Source: a virus
Lineage: Duplodnaviria > Caudoviricetes
Strand: one strand, 5' to 3'
Virus record (IMG/VR): IMGVR_UViG_3300022752_000014
DNA: 64,000 nt
Shown: one piece after another, positions 30,173-40,467 of the stretch
How positions within the stretch are numbered: position 1 is the stretch's first letter
Layout of the letters: each line of letters starts with the position of its first letter
Notes under the pieces: model-generated
What the model saw: only the letters and a program-made list of their open reading frames with translations
Told to the model about the DNA's origin: nothing
Database searches by the model: none
Position numbers and translations under genes: made by a program

Positions 30173-31822
30173 ATGTCAAATGATGTTTATCTTGGTAATC
30201 CGCTTCTAAAAAAAGCAAACACTCCTATTGAGTTTACTCAAGAGCAAATTCTTGAGTTTGTTAAGTGTAAAGATGATCCGGTTTACTTTGCAAAAAACTA
30301 TGTAAAAATTGTAACGCTGGATCATGGTCTACAGACATTCCAACCATACCATTTCCAAGAGAAATTAATCAATAATTTTCATCAACACAGATTTAATATC
30401 TGTAAAATGCCACGACAGACTGGTAAGTCTACAACAGTTGTTTCTTTCCTATTGCATTATGCAGTTTTCAATGACAACGTAAATATTGGTATTCTTGCAA
30501 ACAAAGCAGCAACTGCAAGAGAGTTGCTTGATAGATTACAAACTGCATATGAAAATTTACCCAAGTGGATGCAGCAGGGTATTATTGCTTGGAATAAAGG
30601 ATCATTGGAGTTAGAAAATGGCAGTAAGATATTGGCAGCTTCTACATCTGCGAGTGCTGTCCGAGGTATGTCGTTTAATATCCTCTTCCTCGACGAATTC
30701 GCTTTCGTTCCAAACCATATTGCAGATTCCTTCTTTGCATCTGTTTATCCTACTATTACTTCTGGTAAACAAACAAAAGTCATCATAGTCTCCACTCCAC
30801 ACGGTATGAATCATTTCTACCGTATGTGGCACGATGCCGAAAAAGGTAAAAACGAATATGTATTTACGGATGTTCACTGGAGTGAAGTTCCTGGTCGTGA
30901 TGAAGAATGGAAAAAACAAACTATTGCAAACACTTCAGATCAACAATTCAAAGTAGAATTTGAATGCGAATTTTTAGGATCTGTTGATACTTTGATTGCA
31001 CCAAGTAAACTCAGAACCCTCGTATACGACGCCCCTAAGACCCGTAGTGCGGGTTTAGATGTTTATGAAGACCCAGTAGAGAATCACGATTATTTGATTA
31101 CTGTAGACGTTGCTAGAGGGGTAGGAAATGATTATTCAGCGTTCACAGTAGTGGATATTACTCAGTTTCCTCATAAAGTTGTCGCTAAGTATCGAAATAA
31201 TGAAATTAAACCAATGCTTTTTCCAAGTATAATTCACGAAACTGCAACTGCTTATAATAGTTCTTATATTCTATGTGAAGTTAATGATGTTGGAGACCAA
31301 GTAGCAAGCATTCTTCAATATGATCTTGAATACAATAATCTTTTAATGTGCTCAATGAGAGGAAGAGCTGGTCAAATTGTGGGGCAGGGTTTTTCTGGAA
31401 AGAAAACTCAACTTGGAGTTAAGATGTCCAAAACTGTTAAAAAAGTTGGATGCCTCAATTTAAAAACAATGATTGAAGAAAGTAAGTTACTTATTTCTGA
31501 TTACGAAATTATTTCAGAACTAACGACATTTATTCAAAAACACAATTCATTTGAGGCAGAAGAAGGATGTAATGATGACCTTGCAATGTGCCTTGTAATC
31601 TATGCTTGGTTGGTCGCACAAGATTATTTTAAAGAACTTACAGATCAAGATGTAAGAAAGAGATTATATGAAGAACAAAAAAATCAAATTGAACAGGATA
31701 TGTCCCCATTTGGATTTATCTCTGATGGATTAGATGATTCAAGTTTCGTAGATACTGATGGTGATAGATGGTTTACTGACGAGTATGGTGATCGTGCATA
31801 TATGTGGGAGTATCTTTCTTAA
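30173..31822 (+). CDS. gp17: Terminase large subunit gp17
   Basis: YLGNPLLKKAN; PRQTGKST Walker A; LFLDEFAF Walker B; DVARG nuclease motif; DDLAM. Confidence 0.98.
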   Translation: MSNDVYLGNPLLKKANTPIEFTQEQILEFVKCKDDPVYFAKNYVKIVTLDHGLQTFQPYHFQEKLINNFHQHRFNICKMPRQTGKSTTVVSFLLHYAVFNDNVNIGILANKAATARELLDRLQTAYENLPKWMQQGIIAWNKGSLELENGSKILAASTSASAVRGMSFNILFLDEFAFVPNHIADSFFASVYPTITSGKQTKVIIVSTPHGMNHFYRMWHDAEKGKNEYVFTDVHWSEVPGRDEEWKKQTIANTSDQQFKVEFECEFLGSVDTLIAPSKLRTLVYDAPKTRSAGLDVYEDPVENHDYLITVDVARGVGNDYSAFTVVDITQFPHKVVAKYRNNEIKPMLFPSIIHETATAYNSSYILCEVNDVGDQVASILQYDLEYNNLLMCSMRGRAGQIVGQGFSGKKTQLGVKMSKTVKKVGCLNLKTMIEESKLLISDYEIISELTTFIQKHNSFEAEEGCNDDLAMCLVIYAWLVAQDYFKELTDQDVRKRLYEEQKNQIEQDMSPFGFISDGLDDSSFVDTDGDRWFTDEYGDRAYMWEYLS

Positions 31823-32049
31823 TGGAACTTGATAAGCAAATACGATTAGGTCATTTGTTGCTTGTTGATAGAAAATGTAGAGTCTGCGGAGAAATGAAAA
31901 ATTTGATAGATGGATTTTACCAAACTCGCAAAGATAGGGGTCCAGTTGCATCTTCATATTCTTATGAGTGTAAAGAATGCACCATACACAGAATCATCGA
32001 GTCCAAAAAAATTACTTCGATAGGAAAATGGGAATATCCCGATTGGTAG
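31822..32049 (+). CDS. Small Zn-ribbon protein (CxxC...CxxC)
   Basis: KCRVCGEMK...FY...YSYECKEC; ATG 31822 overlaps the gp17 stop. Confidence 0.75.
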   Translation: MELDKQIRLGHLLLVDRKCRVCGEMKNLIDGFYQTRKDRGPVASSYSYECKECTIHRIIESKKITSIGKWEYPDW

Positions 32050-32088
32050 ATATTCACGTCACATTTCCCCCGTGTAAAGTAAGTTTTT

Positions 32089-32096
32089 AATAAATA
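32089..32096 (+). promoter_or_regulatory. Late promoter for gp18
   Basis: AATAAATA in the intergenic region before gp18. Confidence 0.7.
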
Positions 32097-32131
32097 TTTT
32101 TTAGATAAACTGAGAATTTACGGAGAAAAAA

Positions 32132-34330
32132 ATGGCGACTCCTCAATTATCTCCAGGCGTACTCGTCAGAGAGGTTGACTTAACTGTAGGAAGAGCTGAT
32201 AATGTTTTAGATAATATTGGTGCGATTGCTGGACCTTTTCCAATCGGACCTGTTGATTATGCGATTGATATTACAACAGAACAAGATCTTATTAATGTAT
32301 TTGGCAAGCCTCTTTCAACAGACGCTCAGTATGAATATTGGATGAGTGCTTCATCCTATCTTTCATATGGTGGAGTTTTAAAAGTTGTTAGAACTGATGG
32401 TTCATCTTTAAATAACGCAAATGCGGGTGTTAGTATTGCATCCACATCTAGCTCAAAAATTAAAAACTATGATGATTATGTCGCCAATTATTCTGAGGCA
32501 ACCAACTTTACATATGCAGCAAAGAATCCAGGCACCTGGGGCAATAATTTAAAAGTTTGTTTTATTGACGATTTTGCAGACCAAACAATCGGCATCAATA
32601 CCACTAATCCTAGTGCATATGGTGCAACAATCGGATTTGGTGTAACAGCAGCACTCACAAATGCGGTTATTCCTGGAGCAGGATCAACTTCAACATTTAC
32701 TGGATATTTAAAAGGTATTATTACTGGAGTTACAACAGACTCTACTAATGGCAACAGCACCATTGATGTTCATATTGTATCAAGAGTTTCCTCTGCTGGC
32801 ACAGAAACAAATATCAATTATGCTCAGGGATATACCTCAGCATCATTTGCAACATCTCAAACTCTGCGTTTTATTAACAGCTCAGGTATTGCAACTGGAA
32901 ATACATCCTCATCTGGATTCACTCCAGTTTCTGTTGTTGACTGGTACGACCAACAAACTCTAGGTCTTACAAACAGCACTATTTACTGGAAGTCAATCGC
33001 TCCAAAACCAACCACCAACCAGTATGTTGCAGACAGAAATGGTGAAGGTGATGGAATGCATATTGTGGTTGTTGATGACCTAGGAACTATCACTGGAAAT
33101 CAAGGAACACTTATTGAAAAACATTTAGGACTTTCAAAGGCACTTGATACTGTATCTGCAGTAAATTCCCCACAAAAAATTTGGTATAAAAATTATATTG
33201 CAGACTTCTCTGCTCAAATTTATGCTGGAAACAATCCATCGAGTGCAGCAGACTCTTACTGGGGAACCGCACCAAGAGCAGTTGGATTCTCAACTGGGTT
33301 TACCGCATATACAACTGGTCAGGGTCTCTGGGGTCAAAATGCCCAAGGCATAACCTTCAGTGCTATTGGTAATAAGACTTACACTCTTACTGGTGGTGTC
33401 AACTACTCTGCCGCTGGTGGAATGGCAGCAACTTTAGGTGATTTAACAACTTCATATGGACTTTTCTCCAATAAAGATCAAATCCAAGTTGACTATCTGA
33501 TTATGGGTCCTGGTTTAACTAGCAAGTCAGACTCTCAAGCAAAAGCAAATTATCTGATTTCTGTTGCACAACAGAGAGCAGATTGTATTGCTGCAATTGG
33601 ACCCCATAGAGCTGACCTCGTTAATGTCACAAATACTACAACACAAACAAATAATTTAATTAGTTACTTTACACCACTTTCTTCTTCATCTTATGCGGTG
33701 TTCGATAGTGGATATAAGTACACATATGATAGATTTAATAATCTATTCAGGTATGTTCCTTGCAACGCTGATGTTGCTGGTCTGATGTGCCGTACAAATA
33801 TTATTTCATATCCCTGGTTCTCTCCTGCAGGTCAGCAAAGAGGAATTCTTAATAATGCAATCAAACTTGCATATAATCCAAATAAGGCACAAAGAGATCA
33901 ACTCTATCCACTGAGAATCAACTCGATTGTCACTCAACCTGGAACAGGAACTCTTCTTTTTGGTGATAAGACCGCTCTTGCATATGCATCTGCATTTGAT
34001 AGAATCAACGTTCGTCGTTTGTTCCTTACAATTGAACAAGCACTTCAAAGAGCCGCTCAGGCACAACTCTTTGAACTTAACGATGAACTGACAAGAGCAA
34101 ACTTCAAGAATATTGTTGAACCATATCTCCGCGATGTTCAAGCGAAGAGAGGACTTTATGGATTCTTGGTCGTATGTGACACATCAAATAACACTCCTGA
34201 TGTGATCGACAACAATGAATTCAGAGCAGACATTTACCTGAAGCCTGCTAAGTCCATCAATTATGTAACTCTAACCTTTGTTGCCACACGCACTGGGGTA
34301 GCGTTTGAAGAAGTCGCTGGTACAGTTTGA
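32132..34330 (+). CDS. gp18: Tail sheath protein gp18
   Basis: QLSPGVLVREVDLT; PWFSPAGQQRG; SAFDRINVRRLF; IYLKPAKSINYVTLTFVATRTGVAFEE. Confidence 0.98.
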   Translation: MATPQLSPGVLVREVDLTVGRADNVLDNIGAIAGPFPIGPVDYAIDITTEQDLINVFGKPLSTDAQYEYWMSASSYLSYGGVLKVVRTDGSSLNNANAGVSIASTSSSKIKNYDDYVANYSEATNFTYAAKNPGTWGNNLKVCFIDDFADQTIGINTTNPSAYGATIGFGVTAALTNAVIPGAGSTSTFTGYLKGIITGVTTDSTNGNSTIDVHIVSRVSSAGTETNINYAQGYTSASFATSQTLRFINSSGIATGNTSSSGFTPVSVVDWYDQQTLGLTNSTIYWKSIAPKPTTNQYVADRNGEGDGMHIVVVDDLGTITGNQGTLIEKHLGLSKALDTVSAVNSPQKIWYKNYIADFSAQIYAGNNPSSAADSYWGTAPRAVGFSTGFTAYTTGQGLWGQNAQGITFSAIGNKTYTLTGGVNYSAAGGMAATLGDLTTSYGLFSNKDQIQVDYLIMGPGLTSKSDSQAKANYLISVAQQRADCIAAIGPHRADLVNVTNTTTQTNNLISYFTPLSSSSYAVFDSGYKYTYDRFNNLFRYVPCNADVAGLMCRTNIISYPWFSPAGQQRGILNNAIKLAYNPNKAQRDQLYPLRINSIVTQPGTGTLLFGDKTALAYASAFDRINVRRLFLTIEQALQRAAQAQLFELNDELTRANFKNIVEPYLRDVQAKRGLYGFLVVCDTSNNTPDVIDNNEFRADIYLKPAKSINYVTLTFVATRTGVAFEEVAGTV

Positions 34331-34362
34331 TTTAATTAAAAAACAACAAGGAGGACCTAAAA

Positions 34363-34932
34363 ATGGCACACAGTATTCAGGATTTTAAAACAGCACTCAA
34401 GGGCGGCGGCGCTCGCCCCAATTTATTTGAAGTTGTTTTGACCGACTTCCCAGGGGGAGCCGAATTTGATGCTAATGAATTCTCTGTATTATGCAAAGCA
34501 GCAAACTTACCAGCATCAAATATTGCATCTATTGATGTTCCTTTTAGAGGAAGAATCTTCAAAGTAGCTGGAGATAGAACATTTGATACTTGGTCTATCA
34601 CCGTTATCAACGATGAAGACTTCAAAATTAGAACCGCAATGGAAGCGTGGATGCAGTATGTTGGACAATATGCAGATGGTAGTGGTTCTACTGATCCAAA
34701 CGAATATATGAGAGATGTTCTGGTTAAGCAATTAAAGAGACTTCCAAGTAATGTTGGCGGAAACGCTGCAGTTGGTCAAGGACTTGAAGTTGCTAAACAG
34801 TATAAGTTCTATAGCATCTTCCCAACTAATATTTCTGCAATTGATCTTTCATACGATACCGCTGACACCATTGAAGAATTTACTGTAGAATTCCAAGTTC
34901 AGTACTGGACTCCATATACAGGCGAAAACTGA
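34363..34932 (+). CDS. gp19: Tail tube protein gp19
   Basis: GGGARPNLFEV; CKAANLPAS; VAGDRTFDTWSITVIND; IEEFTVEFQVQYW. Confidence 0.97.
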   Translation: MAHSIQDFKTALKGGGARPNLFEVVLTDFPGGAEFDANEFSVLCKAANLPASNIASIDVPFRGRIFKVAGDRTFDTWSITVINDEDFKIRTAMEAWMQYVGQYADGSGSTDPNEYMRDVLVKQLKRLPSNVGGNAAVGQGLEVAKQYKFYSIFPTNISAIDLSYDTADTIEEFTVEFQVQYWTPYTGEN

Positions 34933-34935
34933 TCT

Positions 34936-34943
34936 AATAAATA
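34936..34943 (+). promoter_or_regulatory. Late promoter for gp20
   Basis: AATAAATA between gp19 and gp20. Confidence 0.7.
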
Positions 34944-34973
34944 GTCTCAAGACTAACAGTTAAAAAATAAATT

Positions 34974-36671
34974 ATGTCAAAATTGTTTGGATTCTCTATT
35001 GAGGATAACGAACCATCATCTCCCAGTGTTTTATCTCCCGTTGCTCCTAATAATGAGGACGGGAGTGATTTTTATCTAACTAGTGGATTTTTTGGTTCAT
35101 ATGTTGATATTGAAGGAGTATATAGAACAGAGTTTGATCTAATCAAAAGATATCGTGAAATGGCACTTCACCCAGAATGTGACAGTGCCATTGAGGATAT
35201 TGTAAACGAAGCAATTGTAAGCGATACAAATGATAGTCCAGTTTCAATTGAACTATCTAATCTCAATGCAAGTGATGGTATTAAGAAAAAAATTAGAGAA
35301 GAGTTTAAGTATATTTTAGAGTTATTGGATTTTGATAGAAAGTCACACGAAATTTATAGAAATTGGTATGTTGATGGAAGACTTTACTATCATAAAGTCA
35401 TTGATTTAAAAAATCCACACGAAGGAATTCAGGAACTGAGATATATTGACGCAATGAAAATGCGTTATGTTCGTCAACAGAAAAAAGCTGAAAGAGATAA
35501 GAAAATTTATAGACTAGCAAATATTAATGTTGATGATCCGATGGATTATGAATTCCCCGAAATCGAGGAATATTTCATCTATAATCCAAAAATGACTTAT
35601 CCAACCACCAATCCATCATCTCTTGGTGGTACGGGTGGAATCAAGTTTTCAAGAGATTCAATTACATATTGTACGTCTGGACTAGTTGATAGAAATAAAG
35701 GATCAACTCTTTCATATCTACATAAATCAATCAAATCACTCAATCAACTAAGGATGATTGAAGATAGTCTTGTCATTTATAGACTATCTCGTGCTCCAGA
35801 AAGAAGAATTTTCTACATTGATGTTGGTAATCTTCCTAAGGTAAAAGCAGAACAATATCTTCGTGATGTAATGATGCGTTATAGAAATAAAATGGTCTAT
35901 GATGCGAACACCGGAGAAATCCGCGACGATAAGAAGTTTATGGCAATGCTTGAGGATTTCTGGCTCCCTCGTCGTGAAGGTGGTAGGGGAACGGAAATCT
36001 CTACACTTCCCGGTGGTCAAAACCTTGGAGAAATCACTGATATTGAATACTTTAAGAAAAAACTGTATCGTTCATTGAATGTTCCTCCATCAAGAATGGA
36101 TGGAGAGGGTGGATTTAATCTTGGTCGTTCATCAGAAATTCTTCGTGATGAAGTTAAGTTCAGTAAGTTTGTCGCACGTTTAAGAAAGAGATTTTCTTAT
36201 ATGTTCAATGATATGTTGAAAACTCAACTTATTCTTAAAAATATCATTACCCCAGAAGATTGGGAGCAAATGGATGAACATATTCAATATGATTTCCTAT
36301 ATGACAATCACTTTGCAGAACTTAAAGATGCAGAACTTCTTAACGAAAGACTGAATATGGTTCAAGTTGCAGAACCTTATGTTGGCAAGTATTTCTCTCA
36401 AGATTATCTAAGAAGAAAGATTCTCCGTCAAACTGATGAAGAAATTTTAGAACAGGATAAACTAATTGAAAAAGAAATTAAAAACGGAGTTATTCCCGAT
36501 CCAAGTGCAATGGCAGTAGATCCAACAACTGGTATGCCAATGGAACCTGGACAACAACCAGGAGCAATGGATTTGGGACAACCAGTAATGGAACCAAATC
36601 TTGATGCTCAAGGCGCTGCCACTGAAGCTGACGGCAAAGCAGTAGAAATGCCCAAGGGTGGCGAGATATAA
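34974..36671 (+). CDS. gp20: Portal protein gp20
   Basis: YREMALHPECDSAIEDIVNE; IYRLSRAPERRIFYIDVGNLPK; EDFWLPRREGGRGTEI. Confidence 0.98.
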   Translation: MSKLFGFSIEDNEPSSPSVLSPVAPNNEDGSDFYLTSGFFGSYVDIEGVYRTEFDLIKRYREMALHPECDSAIEDIVNEAIVSDTNDSPVSIELSNLNASDGIKKKIREEFKYILELLDFDRKSHEIYRNWYVDGRLYYHKVIDLKNPHEGIQELRYIDAMKMRYVRQQKKAERDKKIYRLANINVDDPMDYEFPEIEEYFIYNPKMTYPTTNPSSLGGTGGIKFSRDSITYCTSGLVDRNKGSTLSYLHKSIKSLNQLRMIEDSLVIYRLSRAPERRIFYIDVGNLPKVKAEQYLRDVMMRYRNKMVYDANTGEIRDDKKFMAMLEDFWLPRREGGRGTEISTLPGGQNLGEITDIEYFKKKLYRSLNVPPSRMDGEGGFNLGRSSEILRDEVKFSKFVARLRKRFSYMFNDMLKTQLILKNIITPEDWEQMDEHIQYDFLYDNHFAELKDAELLNERLNMVQVAEPYVGKYFSQDYLRRKILRQTDEEILEQDKLIEKEIKNGVIPDPSAMAVDPTTGMPMEPGQQPGAMDLGQPVMEPNLDAQGAATEADGKAVEMPKGGEI

Positions 36672-36674
36672 ATA
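36667..36674 (+). promoter_or_regulatory. Late promoter (perfect consensus)
   Basis: TATAAATA overlapping the gp20 stop. Confidence 0.8.
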
Positions 36675-36699
36675 AAGGAAAATTGCTTAGGTATTAAAA

Positions 36700-36855
36700 A
36701 TGGATGATCTTTTAGATATGATTGCATCTGACGAATCCCCTTCTCAGATCAGCGATAAAATTAAGGAACTTCTTTTTGCAAAATCTGCAGAAAAAATTGA
36801 CACTGTTCGCCCAGAAGTAGCAGCTACAATTTTTGCAGATGCTGAAGAAGAGTGA
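36700..36855 (+). CDS. Small acidic protein (51 aa); positional equivalent of the T4 gp67 prohead core protein
   Basis: Manual translation MDDLLDMIASDESPSQISDKIKELLFAKSAEKIDTVRPEVAATIFADAEEE; follows a perfect late promoter. Confidence 0.75.
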   Translation: MDDLLDMIASDESPSQISDKIKELLFAKSAEKIDTVRPEVAATIFADAEEE

Positions 36856-36861
36856 TGACTG

Positions 36862-37752
36862 ATGGCAGATTTATCGGACTTTTTCAAACTTGTAGCAGAG
36901 GATAAAAAGAAAAAGAAAGAAGAGTTTGATGCCATTGTTGGAGATTTAAATTTAAATTCTATCTTTGAAGAAGTAACTACTTTAAAGAAAAAGAATAAGG
37001 TTAAAAAAAAGAAAGAAGAAAAAACTTTAGAAGCATTCGAAAATTGGTTATATTCTGATAATATAAAGAAAAAACCAATTGAAGAAGTTCAAGAAGTTGT
37101 AGAAGATGTTATCGAAGAAGTTCAAGAAATCGTAGATAATATTTTAGAAGAGACTAAAGAAGAACCAACATTAATAGAAAAGTCTTTAGGTCTTCTTGCA
37201 GAGCCATCAAATGTTAAAGTTCAAAAAGATCCTTTAACACCATTGGATCAAAACTTTGCAACACTTGAAGATCTTCAAAATCATTACAAACTTTTTATTA
37301 GTCGCATACAACAACAACTTTCTACATTAGGTGGAAGTGGTGAAACTCGTCTTGAATTTTTAGATGATGTTGATAGAAACTCAGCAAAGAGAGATAATTA
37401 TTTTCTCAAGTATGATGCAACTATCAATAAATGGGTAGGTGATGATGGCGGTGGAGTTGGCATTACCAGTATTGTATTCATCACTGGAGTAACAACGTAT
37501 TATTCTGCAACAAGAGATGTTGATTATATTGGAGTCAGTGCTGATGTTCCGGTAACCATTGATTTACCTATAAATCCAGCAGCAGGAAAACAAATTATCA
37601 TAAAAGACGAGGGAAATAAAATATCTACATATAATATCACAGTTCGTGCCGGAATAGGTGCGAGTGTTGAAAACGATAGTTCTGTGATTATGAAAATCAA
37701 TCACGAAAGTTTTACTTATTTTTACAACGGTTATAACTGGTACATAGTATAA
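36862..37752 (+). CDS. Hypothetical protein: charged coiled-coil N-terminus plus a fibre-like beta C-terminal domain
   Basis: 296-aa ORF; GGSGETRLEFLDDVD linker; C-terminal VTIDLP..P..GKQIIIKDEG...YNITV...NGYNW. Confidence 0.7.
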   Translation: MADLSDFFKLVAEDKKKKKEEFDAIVGDLNLNSIFEEVTTLKKKNKVKKKKEEKTLEAFENWLYSDNIKKKPIEEVQEVVEDVIEEVQEIVDNILEETKEEPTLIEKSLGLLAEPSNVKVQKDPLTPLDQNFATLEDLQNHYKLFISRIQQQLSTLGGSGETRLEFLDDVDRNSAKRDNYFLKYDATINKWVGDDGGGVGITSIVFITGVTTYYSATRDVDYIGVSADVPVTIDLPINPAAGKQIIIKDEGNKISTYNITVRAGIGASVENDSSVIMKINHESFTYFYNGYNWYIV

Positions 37753-39173
37753 TGTCTTACAATCCTTTTCCACAACCAGCAGATGTAATTGTAGTTAGTG
37801 CTGGTTCAACAGTCACTGAAGTTAATCGTTTTCCAGTAGGTATCGGGACGACTGGACAAGTAAGTATTAACGTTGGTGGAGTTGGTGTAAGCACAACGAA
37901 TCCTTTTCCAGTTACAGGAACACTGGGCATTTCATCAACATCAGTAGTATCAGTAACTTTGCCGGCAACAGGAACTGATGCTTTTGGAAGACAAAGAATA
38001 TCAGCACCACTTACACTTTTTGATAGTTCTCACAGATATAGAGACAATAATCTTTTTACAAGTTTGATTGTAGGAACAGGTTCTACTGTTGGATTTGTGA
38101 CAACACAAGGATTAGTGCAGATTGGTATTGGAACCACTGCAGGGTGTTCTATTATCAGAGAAACCACAAAGGTATTTGCATATCAACCAGGAAAATCACT
38201 GGAAGTAATGAATACCTTTGTAATGGAACCGAAAAAAACAAATCTGCGTCAAAGAGTAGGATATTTTGGTGCAGATAATGGAATTTACTTTGAGGTTGAT
38301 GGAAATACTGCTTATTTTGTAGAAAGGAGCATTGTATCTGGAATGATATCCGAAAGCAGAGTTCCACAATCACAATGGTTATATGATACTTTACTTGGAG
38401 TTGGAAATACCAATCCATCAGGTATTACATTAGATACAACTCAAGCACAAATCTTCTGGATGGATATTGAGTGGTTAGGAGTTGGAACAGTAAGAGTTGG
38501 TTTTGTAATTGATGGTAAGTTCATTCATTGTCATTCATTCCATCACGCAAATAAAATTCAATCAACATATATCACAACAGGTTCATTGCCAATAAGATAT
38601 GAGATTGCAAATACTGGAATTACAACAAGTTCAAGCACACTCAAACAAATTTGTTCCACAGTTATTTCAGAAGGTGGTTATGAACTTCGTGGATTACAAC
38701 AAGGTGTAGGAACTCCCATTACATCTCCAGTAACTCTCACAACCGCTGGAACTTATTATCCTGTTATTTCATTAAGACTAAAAACATCCCCAAATAGATT
38801 AGATGCTATTGTAATTTTGACTGCTCTTTCCATTATGGGTATTACGAATAATGCTCATTATAACTGGAGAGTGCTTGCAAGTGCAGATACTAGTGGTGGA
38901 GGAACTTGGGTCAGTGCTGGACCTGATAGTGCTGTTGAATATAAGATTGATGGTGGAAGTGTGACTGGAGGTAGAATATTAGCAGAGGGATACAGTAGTG
39001 CATCTAATCAGGCAGTAACCGCAGTTGATATTCTCAAAGAAGCATTATTCAAATTCCAGTTAGAAAGAGATGGATTAACTGGAACTCCTTATGAATTAAC
39101 TGTCGTTGCTTCTGCTAGTTTAGCAAATGCCAGCATTCACACTTCAATGGATTGGGAAGAGATTAGTAGGTAA
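37752..39173 (+). CDS. Hypothetical beta-rich, probably virion-associated protein
   Basis: 473-aa ORF, Thr/Gly/Val-rich; DAFGRQRISAPLTLFDS motif; coupled to the upstream gene by TAATG. Confidence 0.7.
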   Translation: MSYNPFPQPADVIVVSAGSTVTEVNRFPVGIGTTGQVSINVGGVGVSTTNPFPVTGTLGISSTSVVSVTLPATGTDAFGRQRISAPLTLFDSSHRYRDNNLFTSLIVGTGSTVGFVTTQGLVQIGIGTTAGCSIIRETTKVFAYQPGKSLEVMNTFVMEPKKTNLRQRVGYFGADNGIYFEVDGNTAYFVERSIVSGMISESRVPQSQWLYDTLLGVGNTNPSGITLDTTQAQIFWMDIEWLGVGTVRVGFVIDGKFIHCHSFHHANKIQSTYITTGSLPIRYEIANTGITTSSSTLKQICSTVISEGGYELRGLQQGVGTPITSPVTLTTAGTYYPVISLRLKTSPNRLDAIVILTALSIMGITNNAHYNWRVLASADTSGGGTWVSAGPDSAVEYKIDGGSVTGGRILAEGYSSASNQAVTAVDILKEALFKFQLERDGLTGTPYELTVVASASLANASIHTSMDWEEISR

Positions 39174-39182
39174 TTTGGAATT

Positions 39183-39190
39183 TATAAATA
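39183..39190 (+). promoter_or_regulatory. Late promoter (perfect consensus)
   Basis: TATAAATA, 25 nt before ATG 39215. Confidence 0.8.
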
Positions 39191-39214
39191 ACTAAAAGTG
39201 TATCTAATAAAATA

Positions 39215-39763
39215 ATGGCTCATAGACCAGTTGGGGCTGGATCCTCATTTACATTTACTGCAGGCACTGCAACAACTTCATCTACATTTACAGTTCAGTC
39301 AAATGTTTTAAGAGTTGTTGCAGTTGGTGGTGCTGCTTTTGTTGCAGTTGGAGCAACTCCTTCAGCAACAGCAGCAGACTATTATGTCCCTTCTGGGGAA
39401 ACTGCAACTCTTGCTTTAACAAAAGCATCAAATAGAGTTGTTGGCGTAACTACAGGAACGACAACCATTGTTACTGTACCAGAAGGAACTCAGGTTCCAT
39501 TTGGTGTGGGTGATTATGTAACCCTGTCAGTATCAGGACAGACTTATTACAACTTTACTCACCAGAGAGTCATTTCTGTTGATACCAGTTCAAATGTAGG
39601 TGGGTATTATCAAACAAGAATGACTGTTGATTATAACAGTGCTGGCATTGTAACAGCATTTGCATCAGAAGCATCTGTATCTGCATCAAACAAAGTATCA
39701 GTTTTTGGTGCTGGATCAGGAACCTTATATTATCAGCAAGTACAAGTCTCGGGGCAAGCATAA
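39215..39763 (+). CDS. Conserved cyanomyovirus structural hypothetical protein upstream of gp21
   Basis: 182-aa beta-rich ORF starting MAHRPVGAG; own late promoter; coupled to gp21. Confidence 0.75.
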   Translation: MAHRPVGAGSSFTFTAGTATTSSTFTVQSNVLRVVAVGGAAFVAVGATPSATAADYYVPSGETATLALTKASNRVVGVTTGTTTIVTVPEGTQVPFGVGDYVTLSVSGQTYYNFTHQRVISVDTSSNVGGYYQTRMTVDYNSAGIVTAFASEASVSASNKVSVFGAGSGTLYYQQVQVSGQA

Positions 39764-40413
39764 TGAAACTTATTACCGAAGAAATCGAAGCAGTAGAAGT
39801 TATTACCGAAAGTGTAAACGGCAAAAAAACTCTCTATATTCAAGGACCTTTCCTTCAAACTGAAGTGGTGAATCGTAACGGCAGAATGTATCGTATGCCT
39901 GTTATGGAAAGAGAGGTAAGACGTTATACTGAACAGTATGTCAACAAAGGTCGTGCTCTTGGTGAACTCGGACACCCCGATGGACCAACCGTAAACCTAG
40001 ATCGTGTTTCTCATAAGATTGTTTCTCTTCAAAGAGAGGGTAACAACTTTATTGGTAAGGCACAAATTCTTTCTACCCCAATGGGTAAGATTGCAGAGTC
40101 ACTTCTTAAAGAAGGAGTTACTCTTGGCGTTTCTTCTCGTGGTATTGGTTCAGTAAAACAAAACAACGAAGGATATTCTGAAGTTGGTGAAGATTTTATG
40201 CTCGCCACTGCTGCTGATATCGTTGCTGATCCATCTGCCCCTGATGCTTTTGTTCAGGGAATTATGGAAGGAAAGGAATGGATCTGGGATGGTGGCATTT
40301 TAAAGGAAAAGGCAGCAGAGAACGCTAGACGTAGTATAAATACTCTAGTTGATCAAGGTATTCTTGAAGAATACAAGTTATCACTATTCAATGAGTTCTT
40401 AAATTCATTGTAA
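39763..40413 (+). CDS. gp21: Prohead protease gp21
   Basis: MKLITE; NRNGRMY; RALGELGHP; LGVSSRGIGS; DIVADPSAPDAFV. Confidence 0.97.
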   Translation: MKLITEEIEAVEVITESVNGKKTLYIQGPFLQTEVVNRNGRMYRMPVMEREVRRYTEQYVNKGRALGELGHPDGPTVNLDRVSHKIVSLQREGNNFIGKAQILSTPMGKIAESLLKEGVTLGVSSRGIGSVKQNNEGYSEVGEDFMLATAADIVADPSAPDAFVQGIMEGKEWIWDGGILKEKAAENARRSINTLVDQGILEEYKLSLFNEFLNSL

Positions 40414-40423
40414 TTTCTTAATT

Positions 40424-40435
40424 TATAAATAAATA
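40424..40435 (+). promoter_or_regulatory. Overlapping late promoters for gp22/gp23
   Basis: TATAAATA (40424-40431) overlapping AATAAATA (40428-40435). Confidence 0.8.
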
Positions 40436-40467
40436 TAGATTTCATACAGGAAAATCGGAGAGTTCAA

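Noticed and set aside
1343-36020. Numerous 60-113 aa minus-strand and alternate-frame ORFs nested in structural genes
   Set aside because: Fully nested within well-supported genes, no motifs, lengths expected by chance
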